Virus record (IMG/VR): IMGVR_UViG_3300028887_000067
Coordinates: 244,246-308,245 of that record
Reading direction: 5' to 3' (one strand)
From: a virus
Taxonomy: Duplodnaviria > Caudoviricetes
DNA length: 64,000 bases
Below, one piece after another: positions 37,234 through 47,069 of this stretch. The notes beneath the pieces were generated by a model. The model did no database searches and was not told the origin of the DNA. It worked only from the letters and a program-made list of their open reading frames with translations. Position 1 is the first letter of the stretch. The number at the start of each line of letters is the position of its first letter. The translations under genes were made by a program, and so were the position numbers.

Positions 37234-38100
37234 ATGTTGAAAGCCATTAACACGGCGTTCTTGGAGAAGTTCTATTCTTCGTTCGCCCGTCTTGAATACT
37301 GCGGAAAGGTCAAACTTGTCCAAAAGGCGAGGCTTGCGAACGCTGTCCTTGCTGGCAAGATTGCCGAACACGGGCTCTACGTTGCCCCCGTTGGCGACCC
37401 CTGCACCCTTGGCGACGTCTACAAGAGCAACACCTACGCCATCCAGCTTGGCGGTTCTATGGACTACAAGCGGTGCGTGATGAACGCCATCGGCCGTGCC
37501 GGAAACAAGGGCATTGTGGAAAGCTACGAGCCCGACCAGCGCAACACGGGTTACTTCCCCATCTTCAAGGATTTCCTGTACTGCAAGAACGACCTGACGG
37601 ACTACGCTATCGCCGTGTACCGCCGGAGCGACACGTCCGACCCGAAATATTTTCTTGCAAACGGCACGGAAATCGACAAGTACGCCTTCGCCCAGTGGGC
37701 TCCGTCCGACGATTTCAAGCGTTGGAGCGGTGAAGAAGTCAAGAAGTCGGCCGTGGGCGTGATGGTTCCCGTGTTCACCAGCGACGGAAAAATGATTTTT
37801 GAGACGGATGCTGAAGGGAATCAGATTCTTGGCAAGGACGGCAAGCCCGTGCCCAAGAAAAAGAAGGTGATGCTCCCTGCACGTGACGACAACGGGGATA
37901 TTATTTTTGAGAAGGATGCCGACGGCAATCTCGTACCGAAAGAAATTCCTCTCCCCCCGTTCCAGCGCATCAACCTCTCGAATTGCCGTGTGTACATCAA
38001 GGAACACAACATCACCGACCAAATTTTGTTGAACCGCCCCGTTGATATGGCGTGGCTGTTGCAGAAAAAGGCCGAATTTGAAGAACGGGTCGGGAAGTAG
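37234..38100 (+). CDS. hypothetical protein with D.DGN/GKDGK motifs
   Basis: 288 aa, AAGGAG RBS after element. Confidence 0.8.
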   Translation: MLKAINTAFLEKFYSSFARLEYCGKVKLVQKARLANAVLAGKIAEHGLYVAPVGDPCTLGDVYKSNTYAIQLGGSMDYKRCVMNAIGRAGNKGIVESYEPDQRNTGYFPIFKDFLYCKNDLTDYAIAVYRRSDTSDPKYFLANGTEIDKYAFAQWAPSDDFKRWSGEEVKKSAVGVMVPVFTSDGKMIFETDAEGNQILGKDGKPVPKKKKVMLPARDDNGDIIFEKDADGNLVPKEIPLPPFQRINLSNCRVYIKEHNITDQILLNRPVDMAWLLQKKAEFEERVGK

Positions 38101-38118
38101 GGAAACCTACCAACGGCA

Positions 38119-38140
38119 GGGGGCGCAAGCCCCCTTTTTT
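38119..38140 (+). terminator. Rho-independent terminator
   Basis: GGGGGC-GCAA-GCCCCC-TTTTTT. Confidence 0.85.
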
Positions 38141-38168
38141 ATTTGCTCCAAAACTTTTGTTTTGGGGC

Positions 38169-38305
38169 TTTTTCCGTTCGTGCGCCCTATGGCGTTTTTT
38201 GTTCTGTAACCGCCTAGGGCGGTTTTTTCCGTTCGTGCGCCCTATGGCGTTTTTTTCGTTCTGTAACCGCCTAGGGCGGTTATTCTTTTTTAAGCTCCCT
38301 ATGGC
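38169..38305 (+). repeat. ~55-bp tandem duplication built from ~28-bp CCTA-centred units
   Basis: TTTTTCCGTTCGTGCGCCCTATGGCGTTTTTT..GTTCTGTAACCGCCTAGGGCGGT twice; CCTA at 38186,38213,38241,38270,38298. Confidence 0.85.
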
Positions 38306-38513
38306 GCCCGTGGATGCCGTTTTTTGCGGTTCCCGTAGCCCGTGGGCTCGTTTTGTGCCTATGCCGTGTTGGTGTGGGGGTTTCTTTTTCGTGCCCTGCG
38401 TGGGCGGTTCGTGGCCGTCCCCCGGCCTGTCACTGCCGGACGGTGGCCGGGGCTCCTCCGCGCCCCCATCGGGTGTGTGTGAGGCGATGAGGCCTCGCAA
38501 AGGAGTCAAGCAA

Positions 38514-38837
38514 ATGAAAAACAAGTTTTTGCAAGTCCTGTTCGCCAACAGGGAGACCCTGTTGAAGCAGGCACGTGCGGACTGGGAGTCCAAGAAGCGC
38601 CCCCACGGGCCGTTCCTCTCCCGTCTCTTCGTGGACGAACGCGGTAAGGTGTTCTACGACTGCCGTAACGACCACGACCTGAACACGGCTCTCGTGACCC
38701 GTGTCCGTCTCGGCAAGGTCGTCATCGCCGCCATCAAGGGCGTGCTGAAGGTGACGACCGAGGACGAATGCGAGCACGTGAGGATGGCGGAGCTCACCGA
38801 GGAGTACAAGCGCCTCCACGCTGGGGCGCAGGCCTAA
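38514..38837 (+). CDS. hypothetical protein
   Basis: element + AAGGAG RBS. Confidence 0.75.
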   Translation: MKNKFLQVLFANRETLLKQARADWESKKRPHGPFLSRLFVDERGKVFYDCRNDHDLNTALVTRVRLGKVVIAAIKGVLKVTTEDECEHVRMAELTEEYKRLHAGAQA

Positions 38838-38991
38838 GGCCTAGCCGTCCGACCCCCGACCCCGAGGGGGCAACGGACGGCCTTTGCCGTCCCTCCCAGG
38901 GTTCGGCACTGCCGGCCCGTGGCCGGGTTTCCTCGGGGGCGGGATAAATAATGTGTAAGGCGATGGTGCCTTACGGAAAGGAGTCAAGCAA

Positions 38992-39963
38992 ATGGAAAAA
39001 AGACTTACTTGCCGTGAAGTGGAGCGCAGGATAGGCGTTGAAATCACGGAAAAATTTTTGGAGGCGCTTGACAGGCGTGTCATCCCTTGGGAACAGCCTT
39101 GGCTCAAGCGTGAGAGCGACTACTACGGAGCGTCGGGCAAGCCCTACGGGTTCCTGAACTCTCTCCTTCTGTGGCTCGGAGGCCAACAGGCGGGCGAGTT
39201 CGTGACGGTCGACCAGGTGATTAAGCGCACCGGCACCAGCCGCAATGGCGAGGGCGAGGCGTGCGTGTGGAATCGGTTCATCCGCAAGGACGGCAAGTTC
39301 CCCGAGGGCACTTATATCGTCTTCAGGGGCAAGGTGCTGGGCAAGCGCCGTGACGAGAACGGCAACGTCGTCAAGGACAAGGACGGCAACCCCGAGCTTG
39401 TGGAATATTGGTGCCTGAAGAGTCACAAGGTGTACCGCATCGGCACCGAGGTTGACTGCCCGAGGAACATTCCCGAAAAAACTTTTGACAAGACCCTGCG
39501 TGTGGCTAACCCCATACCGAGAGCCGAAAAGATTGTTCTCGACTACGTTTCCCGAGAGGGGGTCGGGTTCGGCCACGAGATGCAGGGCAGGGCGTTCTAT
39601 CACCCTGCGACCGACCGCATCAACGTGCCGAGCATAGAAAACTTTGTTTCCGAGCCCGCCTACTATCAGGCTTGCTTCCACGAGATGGCTCACTCCACGG
39701 GTCACTCCAAGCGCCTGCACCGCCCGAAATTTTTCGTCAAGGGCGACGAACGCTACTCCCGTGAGGAACTCATAGCGGAAATCGCTTCTGCGGTGTTGCT
39801 TCACGAGAACGGGCTGGCGGTCAACACGACCGACAGGAACCACGTGGCCTACATTCAGAGCTGGGGCAAGGCGCTGAAGAGCGACCCGCTCTTGATAGAG
39901 AAGGCAATGGCCGGAGCTATGGCGGCCGTGGAGTACATCTACCACGGCAAGGCGAAAAAATAA
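38992..39963 (+). CDS. ardC: ArdC-like antirestriction protein (ssDNA-binding + zincin-like domain)
   Basis: IPWEQPW, SGKPY..LN.L.L, AFY.P..D.I..P, FHEMAHSTGH..RL.R, YSREELIAE, YIQSW. Confidence 0.9.
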   Translation: MEKRLTCREVERRIGVEITEKFLEALDRRVIPWEQPWLKRESDYYGASGKPYGFLNSLLLWLGGQQAGEFVTVDQVIKRTGTSRNGEGEACVWNRFIRKDGKFPEGTYIVFRGKVLGKRRDENGNVVKDKDGNPELVEYWCLKSHKVYRIGTEVDCPRNIPEKTFDKTLRVANPIPRAEKIVLDYVSREGVGFGHEMQGRAFYHPATDRINVPSIENFVSEPAYYQACFHEMAHSTGHSKRLHRPKFFVKGDERYSREELIAEIASAVLLHENGLAVNTTDRNHVAYIQSWGKALKSDPLLIEKAMAGAMAAVEYIYHGKAKK

Positions 39964-39973
39964 ATCCGAAAAC

Positions 39974-39999
39974 GGGGGAGCCGTGAGGCTCCCCCCTTT
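39974..39999 (+). terminator. Rho-independent terminator
   Basis: GGGGGAGCC-GTGA-GGCTCCCCC-CTTT. Confidence 0.7.
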
Positions 40000-40358
40000 C
40001 CCTAGGGGGTTCAAATGTTTTTTTCAATTAAACTTTTGCTTTGCGTCGTCGTGGGTTTCGTAATCACGGCCAAGTATATCAAGGGCAAGGCCTTCGCCGT
40101 GTTGCTGAGCTTTGTCGGGATTGTTTGCGTGACGTGGTGCGTCACGAGCTACATTCAGAAGATTTTTGCTTAACTCCTAGGGGGAGCCGTGGCGCTCCCC
40201 CTTCCAAGATTTTTGCTTACTCCGATGGGCCCGCGGATCGATCTGCGGGCCCTGTTTCGGTGGCTCGGGGCTGGGCCACTGCCGTGGACAGTCCGGGGTT
40301 CCGCTCGGGCCGCATCATTAATATACAAGGAAACGGACAACCAACAAGGAGTTAAGCC

Positions 40359-40553
40359 ATGTCCAAGGAAACCAAGGAATTTGACGTCGTCGTGATGGAT
40401 TGCGCCAACCGCAAGGTCACGAAGACCCGTCGCCGCCTCCCCGTCGACATCACCAAGGTCGAACTCGAGGAGCTGCTGGTGCTTGAGGGCGACTACGACC
40501 AGAACACGTGCCACGTGATGTTCGGCGACCACATCAAGGTGGAGGCCGCCTAG
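40359..40553 (+). CDS. hypothetical protein
   Basis: element + RBS. Confidence 0.7.
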   Translation: MSKETKEFDVVVMDCANRKVTKTRRRLPVDITKVELEELLVLEGDYDQNTCHVMFGDHIKVEAA

Positions 40554-40554
40554 C

Positions 40555-40833
40555 ATGGGAGTGCCGACCAAGAAGAAGGACAGGCACCGGCCTGGCTACT
40601 ACAAGGACTACGCCAAGCGCACGGGCCGCAAGGACCGCCACCGCAAGGGGTACTACAGGCAGTACAACCTCGCCCACCCCGAGCGCATAGCGCACCTGCT
40701 GTGCGACGTGCAGGCCAACAAGCCGTGGTCTCCGAAGCACCCCGACTGGTTTGACGAGTACGGCAGGCTCATAAAAGATTTCGGCGACGCCGACGACGTT
40801 CACCCGTGTTCCGAAGAAGGACTCGGGCAGTAG
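40555..40833 (+). CDS. basic hypothetical protein with KDRHR.GYY repeat
   Basis: GGAGG RBS; duplicated motif. Confidence 0.65.
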   Translation: MGVPTKKKDRHRPGYYKDYAKRTGRKDRHRKGYYRQYNLAHPERIAHLLCDVQANKPWSPKHPDWFDEYGRLIKDFGDADDVHPCSEEGLGQ

Positions 40834-40866
40834 TACAACATTTTACCGAAAGGAGAATTTTAAATT

Positions 40867-41073
40867 ATGAATCCGAAACTTTCCCAACTGCTGAAAGTGA
40901 ACAGCTGGGACAAATGGGTCCCCAAGAACCAGCGCACGGCAGAAAATCTTTTGCGCCTCGTGATTGCCGAGAGCCCCGACGACGCTCCCGCAATGATGGA
41001 ACAGATGAAGAAGCACGGCCTCACCATCCCGGACGACCTCGCACCGGCCAGAACGTGGAGCGACTTCAAGTAA
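40867..41073 (+). CDS. hypothetical protein
   Basis: AAGGAG RBS. Confidence 0.65.
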   Translation: MNPKLSQLLKVNSWDKWVPKNQRTAENLLRLVIAESPDDAPAMMEQMKKHGLTIPDDLAPARTWSDFK

Positions 41074-41197
41074 TATGGCGAAACATCAACGAATCTACAA
41101 GCCCACCAAGAAGCGCGTCAGCGGGTAGGCCGATCCCCTGGCGCGTCCGGGGCTCCTCCGGGAGCCCATTCCTCCTGTACCAACCAAAGGAGTAAGC

Positions 41198-41422
41198 ATG
41201 AACAAATTTAAAATTCTGAACAAGAAATCCGTAGGCTACTGGTCCGCGCTCAACGGGCTGGAGGTCAAGGAAATCGGCGACGACTACGTGGAATGTGTCA
41301 GCGGGTCGTGGGACGGCCACAAGAAGGTGGCTCACTGCGTAAAAATTCATCACAACACCAAGGGCGCCTTTATCCGCCTTAGGGGTTACAACTTCTACCT
41401 TAGGGACATCGTACCGATGTAA
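41198..41422 (+). CDS. hypothetical protein
   Basis: element + RBS. Confidence 0.7.
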   Translation: MNKFKILNKKSVGYWSALNGLEVKEIGDDYVECVSGSWDGHKKVAHCVKIHHNTKGAFIRLRGYNFYLRDIVPM

Positions 41423-41433
41423 TGGAGGCCAAA

Positions 41434-41574
41434 ATGTACAGACTTTTGTCAAAGACCCGTTTCCTGCGCTTCGCCCAGTTTGCGAGCGGTATCGGCCTCG
41501 TGGCTCCCGTTCCCGTGGCCAAGCACGCCTGCAGCGACCTTTACGGGCGGTTCGTGAAGCGCAACGGGCGATAG
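41434..41574 (+). CDS. 46-aa hypothetical protein
   Basis: GGAGG RBS; below ORF-track cutoff. Confidence 0.45.
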   Translation: MYRLLSKTRFLRFAQFASGIGLVAPVPVAKHACSDLYGRFVKRNGR

Positions 41575-41699
41575 CGGGGGGCGCGTGCGGCCGGGCCTGC
41601 GGGCCCGTCCACGTGCGGGAACCGTCCCGCACAATGCCGGCGGCCGGCCGGGGCTCCTCCGGGCCCGCATCCATCCTATACAACGAAAGGAGCTAAGCG

Positions 41700-42278
41700 A
41701 TGGAAACGAACGAAACCAAGACCCTTTACCTCAGGTACGACTGCACGTCCGAAGCGGACGACGTGGCCTGCCTCGTGACGACAATGACCGGCGACGCCTA
41801 CGAGGTCGCCGTGAGGAACCCCGCCGACATCCAGGCCGCCGTGGCCAAGGCCGTGACCGGCCCGACGAGGCCGCTGGTGGCTGCGCTGCTCGAACGCATG
41901 GGCGGTCTCGACAGGGATAGCATCGGCACGGTCGAGGAGACCGGCTGGTACGAAAGCGCCCGCATCAACTGGGCCGACCCCGCCGCCTCGACCGACCACG
42001 ACGGCGGGCTGTACAGGGCCGAGGTGCGCCTCGACGACGGCCTGCTCGAGCTCCTGCGCTCCGACGTAGCCTACGCGCTGGACGACTGGTCGGACTGGGA
42101 CAAGGACAGGGACGGGGTGAACCCGACCACCGAGGCCGTGTGCGAAAAGATTTGTTCCGACGCCGGATTTGGCGACGCGGTGCGGGAAATTTTTCCCAAG
42201 GTGCTGGACGTGCTCCCCAAGGTGATTTACGACATTATCGCCGACCGCTTGGACGGGGCCGACATAAAGGAGGAATAA
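41700..42278 (+). CDS. acidic hypothetical protein
   Basis: element + RBS. Confidence 0.75.
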   Translation: METNETKTLYLRYDCTSEADDVACLVTTMTGDAYEVAVRNPADIQAAVAKAVTGPTRPLVAALLERMGGLDRDSIGTVEETGWYESARINWADPAASTDHDGGLYRAEVRLDDGLLELLRSDVAYALDDWSDWDKDRDGVNPTTEAVCEKICSDAGFGDAVREIFPKVLDVLPKVIYDIIADRLDGADIKEE

Positions 42279-42280
42279 AA

Positions 42281-42544
42281 ATGATTTCTTTCGCCGAATA
42301 CGCCGAAAAAGACCCCCGATACGTGCGCCTGCGCAAGAAATTTAAATCCATTGAAGCGCTTGCCGACAGGGTTGAAGAGAAGCTGGGCACACGGCAGACC
42401 CCCACGGGGTTCGGCCAGAACTTTGACAAGGTGACGGCCGTGCAGAATATGATGACCGAGCGCCTTGTGCAGCTCCGCAAGTGGTACGACAGCGGTGTGC
42501 AGGCCGAGAAGGCGGGCAAGCTGCCCCCGAAGACATTTGCTTAA
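42281..42544 (+). CDS. hypothetical protein
   Basis: AAGGAGG RBS. Confidence 0.7.
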   Translation: MISFAEYAEKDPRYVRLRKKFKSIEALADRVEEKLGTRQTPTGFGQNFDKVTAVQNMMTERLVQLRKWYDSGVQAEKAGKLPPKTFA

Positions 42545-42679
42545 CTCCTGCGGGGACGGGCGGGAAACCGCCCGCCTGCCCCCGTTCCACGGTCCGGCTA
42601 TGCCTGCGGGCGGCCGGGGCTCCCGTGGGAACGCATCAACCCTATACAAGCGAGGAACAATCAACAAAGGAGTTAAGAA

Positions 42680-43285
42680 ATGGGAACCGCTAGTTTCAAA
42701 CAGGGGATAGACCCCAAGTTCATCCCGAGGGTCGTCGAGGAACACCCGACCATCCCCGTGGCGACGACTCAGGTCACGCTGGCCGCCATCCGTCCGATAG
42801 CCAAGCGCATCATTAACGGAGCCCGCTGCATCATGTACGACGCCCCGTGCGTAGCCGAGAGCCACGGCGGTAAGCTGGAATACGTTGCGTGGGGCTCCGG
42901 GCGCACCATCAACGACGGGCTCGCCACGCTGTTCGACGCGACCCGCATCGTAACCACCATCCCCCGCACGAGCATCCTGAAGCCCGGCGAGGTGGCGGTG
43001 AGCCTGGAACGCAACGGGAGCGTGTCCTTCTACAAGATGCCCGAGTCCACGGAAGAGATGAAGGCGATGGCGTGGATTAACGCGGGCAAGCCCTGCGGAT
43101 ACCGCTACGGATTTTCTTGGAAGGGTGCGAGCACGAGACAAATTTCTTCGGACTCCGCCCGTGCCAGACTCTCGCAGAAGAAATATTTTGAACTCAGCTA
43201 CGAACGCCGTGGGGCGAGCACCATCACGTCACAGGGCGAAGAATGGCTCGTGTTCGTGGAATATTCCGAAAACGACCTCCTGTAA
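42680..43285 (+). CDS. hypothetical protein
   Basis: element + RBS. Confidence 0.75.
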   Translation: MGTASFKQGIDPKFIPRVVEEHPTIPVATTQVTLAAIRPIAKRIINGARCIMYDAPCVAESHGGKLEYVAWGSGRTINDGLATLFDATRIVTTIPRTSILKPGEVAVSLERNGSVSFYKMPESTEEMKAMAWINAGKPCGYRYGFSWKGASTRQISSDSARARLSQKKYFELSYERRGASTITSQGEEWLVFVEYSENDLL

Positions 43286-43406
43286 GGGTGCGGCGGGGCG
43301 GGAATCCCGCCCCCCGTTCCCTTCGGGAAACGGTGCGATCGATCCCGGCCGCCCGCCGGGGCTTCCCTGCGGGCGCATTTTTTCTATACAACCAAAGGAG
43401 TTGAAA

Positions 43407-43823
43407 ATGCCTACTAAAACAATCAAGAATGTCGCCAAGAAGGTGACGGGATGCCTGAATAGCATCGTAAAGGGGATGCGTGTCGTCGTCCTCAGCTGCA
43501 GGTACAACACGTCGAGAAGCGGGGACGGCGTCTTCCCGCCCGTGGTATGCTCCACGCCGAGCCGTGCCCGTGAAGAGATGTGGAAGGACGTCAAGAAGTA
43601 CATGAAGACATCCATTGGCGCGGTCAATAAAGACGGGACGATAGATTGGAATTCCGTGGCCGAGATAGGCGATTTTGACGGCACCGAAGAGGACAGCCCC
43701 AAGACGCTTGACGACTTGGAGAAGTACATCATGTCGGGCGATTTCGGGGACAGCCTCACCATACGCAAGGACGAAGACGGGAACTGGTGCGAATGGCGCA
43801 TTGACGAAACCAAGTGCATCTAA
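43407..43823 (+). CDS. hypothetical protein
   Basis: element + RBS. Confidence 0.75.
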   Translation: MPTKTIKNVAKKVTGCLNSIVKGMRVVVLSCRYNTSRSGDGVFPPVVCSTPSRAREEMWKDVKKYMKTSIGAVNKDGTIDWNSVAEIGDFDGTEEDSPKTLDDLEKYIMSGDFGDSLTIRKDEDGNWCEWRIDETKCI

Positions 43824-43947
43824 TCGGGTGAACATGAGCGGGGCCGCGTGCCCCGTTTTTTCTTTCGGAAACGGCCCGGCGATGCCTGCCGCCGTCCGGG
43901 GTTCCTCCGGGAGACCATACGTACTATACAACGAAAGGAGTTAAACA

Positions 43948-44262
43948 ATGGACAGACAACAGCAAGAACTCGTGGACGTACTGGTCAGAGCCAAGCTCGC
44001 ATCGGCCGACGTGGCGAAGGAACTGAAGCTCGTGCGCTACGACCTCGTCAACGCAGCCAGCATCGCCCAGCCGGAACGCAACGCCGCCTACGACAAGCTC
44101 ACCCATAGCATCAACACGGCGCTGGACACCGTCGCCAAGCTGAATCACGCCATCCTGATGGTCGACCCCGAGCACGACATTGCCCACGACAGGGAACGAC
44201 TCGCCGCTCTCGCCGAGGAACACTCGCACGGCTCCGAACCCTGCGACGGGACTCTGGGCTAG
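43948..44262 (+). CDS. hypothetical helical protein
   Basis: element + RBS. Confidence 0.7.
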   Translation: MDRQQQELVDVLVRAKLASADVAKELKLVRYDLVNAASIAQPERNAAYDKLTHSINTALDTVAKLNHAILMVDPEHDIAHDRERLAALAEEHSHGSEPCDGTLG

Positions 44263-44272
44263 GGAGGCTGCC

Positions 44273-44737
44273 ATGTACAGGGTAGACGCCTACGACTTGA
44301 AGCTGGTGAGCGTGCCGGATAGCCACAGGGAGTGCTCCGTGTGCGGCCACTGGCTCCCGCCCGAGAATAATAGCGAGCCGTACCGCAGGACGAACTGCGA
44401 CGCTTGCTACAACGCTCCCATTGAAAAATATAATGAACTTCTAAATAAAACCAATGCGAACAAAAAGAATAAAAAGTACGACGAACTTTGTGAGCTCGCC
44501 GAAAAGCTGAACGCGTGCCAGACCAAGCGCGAGCTTATGGAAAAAATAACCAAGGCGCTCGCCGGCATACCCGACGACGGGCTTGTGTTGCTGGAGCGCG
44601 AGGTCATTCAGCAGGATTACGACGAGACTATCTACGAGGACGACGTGTTCGATACGCAGGCACGTGCGATAGACGCCACTGCGGAACCCGCCCTGGCGGG
44701 TCTCGTGGAACGGTTCTGGGTGATCGGGCTCCCGTAG
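44273..44737 (+). CDS. hypothetical zinc-finger protein
   Basis: CSVC...CDAC; GGAGG RBS. Confidence 0.65.
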   Translation: MYRVDAYDLKLVSVPDSHRECSVCGHWLPPENNSEPYRRTNCDACYNAPIEKYNELLNKTNANKKNKKYDELCELAEKLNACQTKRELMEKITKALAGIPDDGLVLLEREVIQQDYDETIYEDDVFDTQARAIDATAEPALAGLVERFWVIGLP

Positions 44738-44796
44738 CGGGGCCGGGGCTCCTCGGGGCCCCCATCTTTCCTATACAACGAAAAAAGGAGTTAAAA

Positions 44797-45378
44797 ATGG
44801 AAGAATCTACAACCAAGCAGCTCACCCCCGAGGAAAACCGGGCCGAAATTCTGCGCCTGCGCAATATTGCGGAGGAATACCGCAAGGCGTTCGTAAACCA
44901 CCCCAAGTTCGAGGTGAGGAACCGGCACGACAAGCCCGAACGGCTCATCAGGTATCTCGACGACCTTCTCGAAATGGATGCCGAACCGGGCTACAGGATT
45001 GAACGGGAAGAATTCGTAATCCGTACCGGCAGCTACTACACCCGTCCCAAGCTGCCCGACCCCAATGCCCGCTACGTCGTGTGGACGGCAGGCGGCCTCG
45101 GCCCCCTCCTGTTCGGCGACGAATCGATGTGGGCGCAGCTTTGCCCCATCTATGACCGCTTCATCGAGAAGCTCAAGGCGTTCTCGCCCGTTCTCGTGGA
45201 CACCGCAGGCAGCGGAAATATGTTCTTTGACCTGAAGAACGGCAAGCGTGTAATGGACGCCTACGACGAAATCTTCAAGGCCGCAACCGACGAGGCGAAG
45301 GTACTGCGTGACGAAAAGAGACGCCAAGACCTCCTTGCCGAGCTTGCATCGCTCGACGGGCCAACCAAAGTCCAGTAG
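44797..45378 (+). CDS. hypothetical protein
   Basis: element + RBS. Confidence 0.75.
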   Translation: MEESTTKQLTPEENRAEILRLRNIAEEYRKAFVNHPKFEVRNRHDKPERLIRYLDDLLEMDAEPGYRIEREEFVIRTGSYYTRPKLPDPNARYVVWTAGGLGPLLFGDESMWAQLCPIYDRFIEKLKAFSPVLVDTAGSGNMFFDLKNGKRVMDAYDEIFKAATDEAKVLRDEKRRQDLLAELASLDGPTKVQ

Positions 45379-45444
45379 GATGCCGGGGCTCCTCTGGCCC
45401 CCCATCTTTACTATACAAGGAAACAACAGAAAGGAGTTAACAAA

Positions 45445-45861
45445 ATGGCACAGAAACTCATCACCAAGCCCATCATCGACGCTCTCGCCAAGACCCCGTA
45501 CAGGTCGACGGAAAAGGTCGCCCCCGACGACAAGAAGGTCATCGCCCGCTTCTTCGGAGGTTGCGCCTGCACGTGGTACGTCCTCGAGGACGACAGCTTC
45601 TTCAAGGACTACAAGTTGGACGAAAAGACCGGCCTGCTTGTCCCCACCAGTCTCGATGCCGACCACATCGAACCGAACATGACGGTCTTCGGGGCGGTCA
45701 CCCTCGGCCACGGGCTCGAGCTCGGCCCCTTCTCCCTGAAGGAGATTAGCTCTATCCACTTCCCCCCGTTCGGCCTCGGCCTGGAACGCGACATCATGGT
45801 CACGCCGTTGAAGGAAACGCTCGGCGAGCTCCGCAAGCGCTACGGCGAGGAATGGATGTAA
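45445..45861 (+). CDS. DUF2958-like protein
   Basis: ARFF...CTWYV.E, FG.V.LG...ELG.FSL.E, LERD pattern. Confidence 0.7.
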   Translation: MAQKLITKPIIDALAKTPYRSTEKVAPDDKKVIARFFGGCACTWYVLEDDSFFKDYKLDEKTGLLVPTSLDADHIEPNMTVFGAVTLGHGLELGPFSLKEISSIHFPPFGLGLERDIMVTPLKETLGELRKRYGEEWM

Positions 45862-45934
45862 GGTTTGCTTAACTCCGAAACAGGGGCGGGCTCGCCCGCC
45901 CCTTCTTTATCTTTTTTCCATACACGAGGAATAC

Positions 45935-46417
45935 ATGAACACGAAGACAAAAGAAAGTTTCGACATGGACGACCTGCGCACGGAGGAATTTGTCCCGTCC
46001 GGCGAGACACGCGCCAAGGTCGAGAAGTTCCTGGCGGGCATCTACCCGGACGACAACGACCCGGAAATTTTCGACTCGGCGAAGGCGGTCGGCATTGACC
46101 CCGAATACACCATAAAGACGACGGAACATCTTACCTATGACCGTTGCGAGAACGTCCTGACATTTTTACATGTATCGCTCCCCGACGACGAGAAGGCCGA
46201 ACAACTGGCCGAACTGCTGGGAGGCGAGGTCGTCGACGGCCTGCACGGCCACCCCGACGGCAAACGGTTCCGCATTACTTTCCGCGCCGAAATCTACATC
46301 GACGCGGTGAGCGAGGCGGAGGCCCGCGTGAAGTTCGAGCAGATCGATCTATTCGCACCCGACGCGAAGTCGAAGGGAGCGGCCTACGTCGAGGAGTGCA
46401 GCTTCGAGGAGGTGTAA
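45935..46417 (+). CDS. acidic hypothetical protein, paralog of 61273-61836
   Basis: EKFL.GIYPDD, LP...A..LA...GG.VVD shared. Confidence 0.7.
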   Translation: MNTKTKESFDMDDLRTEEFVPSGETRAKVEKFLAGIYPDDNDPEIFDSAKAVGIDPEYTIKTTEHLTYDRCENVLTFLHVSLPDDEKAEQLAELLGGEVVDGLHGHPDGKRFRITFRAEIYIDAVSEAEARVKFEQIDLFAPDAKSKGAAYVEECSFEEV

Positions 46418-46491
46418 CAATTCCCCGGACGGTCCGGGGCTCCTCCGGCCGTCCATCCATCCTATACAAGGAAACAACAAAGGAGCCAAAC

Positions 46492-46926
46492 ATGAAAGTT
46501 TTCGAGATTCTGAACGCCGTCAAGCACTTGAATCGGCGCAGCAAATGGGACAAAGGCGTCAAGGCCTACGCCATCGACCTGCTGGAGCGAGTGGTGAACC
46601 TGTACCAGGCCGACGGCGTGAAGGGCGCAGCAACCGCCGACCAGTTCACCGACTACGAGCAGCTCACCCTGCGCCACGCCATGCAACACAACAACGCCGA
46701 GAAGTACAAGTGGTCCGACCGGTCACCCGAGGCGAAGACGGTCGTCAGTGAGTGCTCGGAAGGCGCCGTGTTCCTCGTGTCCAACGAGGACATAGCCAAC
46801 CGCCTGTTGACGAAGCGCCAGAAGGCCTGCCTGCGCACGTACTGCCTAGGCACGGCTCACCAAACACGTGCCCTATGGGAGGCGCTCGACCTTATCAGGC
46901 GTATCGCACGTGGCGACCGCTACTAG
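46492..46926 (+). CDS. hypothetical protein
   Basis: element + RBS. Confidence 0.75.
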   Translation: MKVFEILNAVKHLNRRSKWDKGVKAYAIDLLERVVNLYQADGVKGAATADQFTDYEQLTLRHAMQHNNAEKYKWSDRSPEAKTVVSECSEGAVFLVSNEDIANRLLTKRQKACLRTYCLGTAHQTRALWEALDLIRRIARGDRY

Positions 46927-47069
46927 ATCGATCGCCCGTGGCATAATTTTCTTAACTCCGTATCCCCCTTCTGGGGGTTGTTCCTTGGGGAGCTCCGGGC
47001 GGCGACTACCCAGCCGTCGCCGGGGCTCCTTTGCCCGTCCATCGACCCTACATCAGAAAGGAGGTAAAC

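Noticed and set aside
38169-38305. Mini-CRISPR array
   Set aside because: The 'spacers' are themselves duplicated, so it is a tandem repeat
42342-42590. Minus-strand gene starting at GGAGTTAAGCAAATG
   Set aside because: Antisense to a well-supported gene with implausible composition; treated as the anti-SD motif instead
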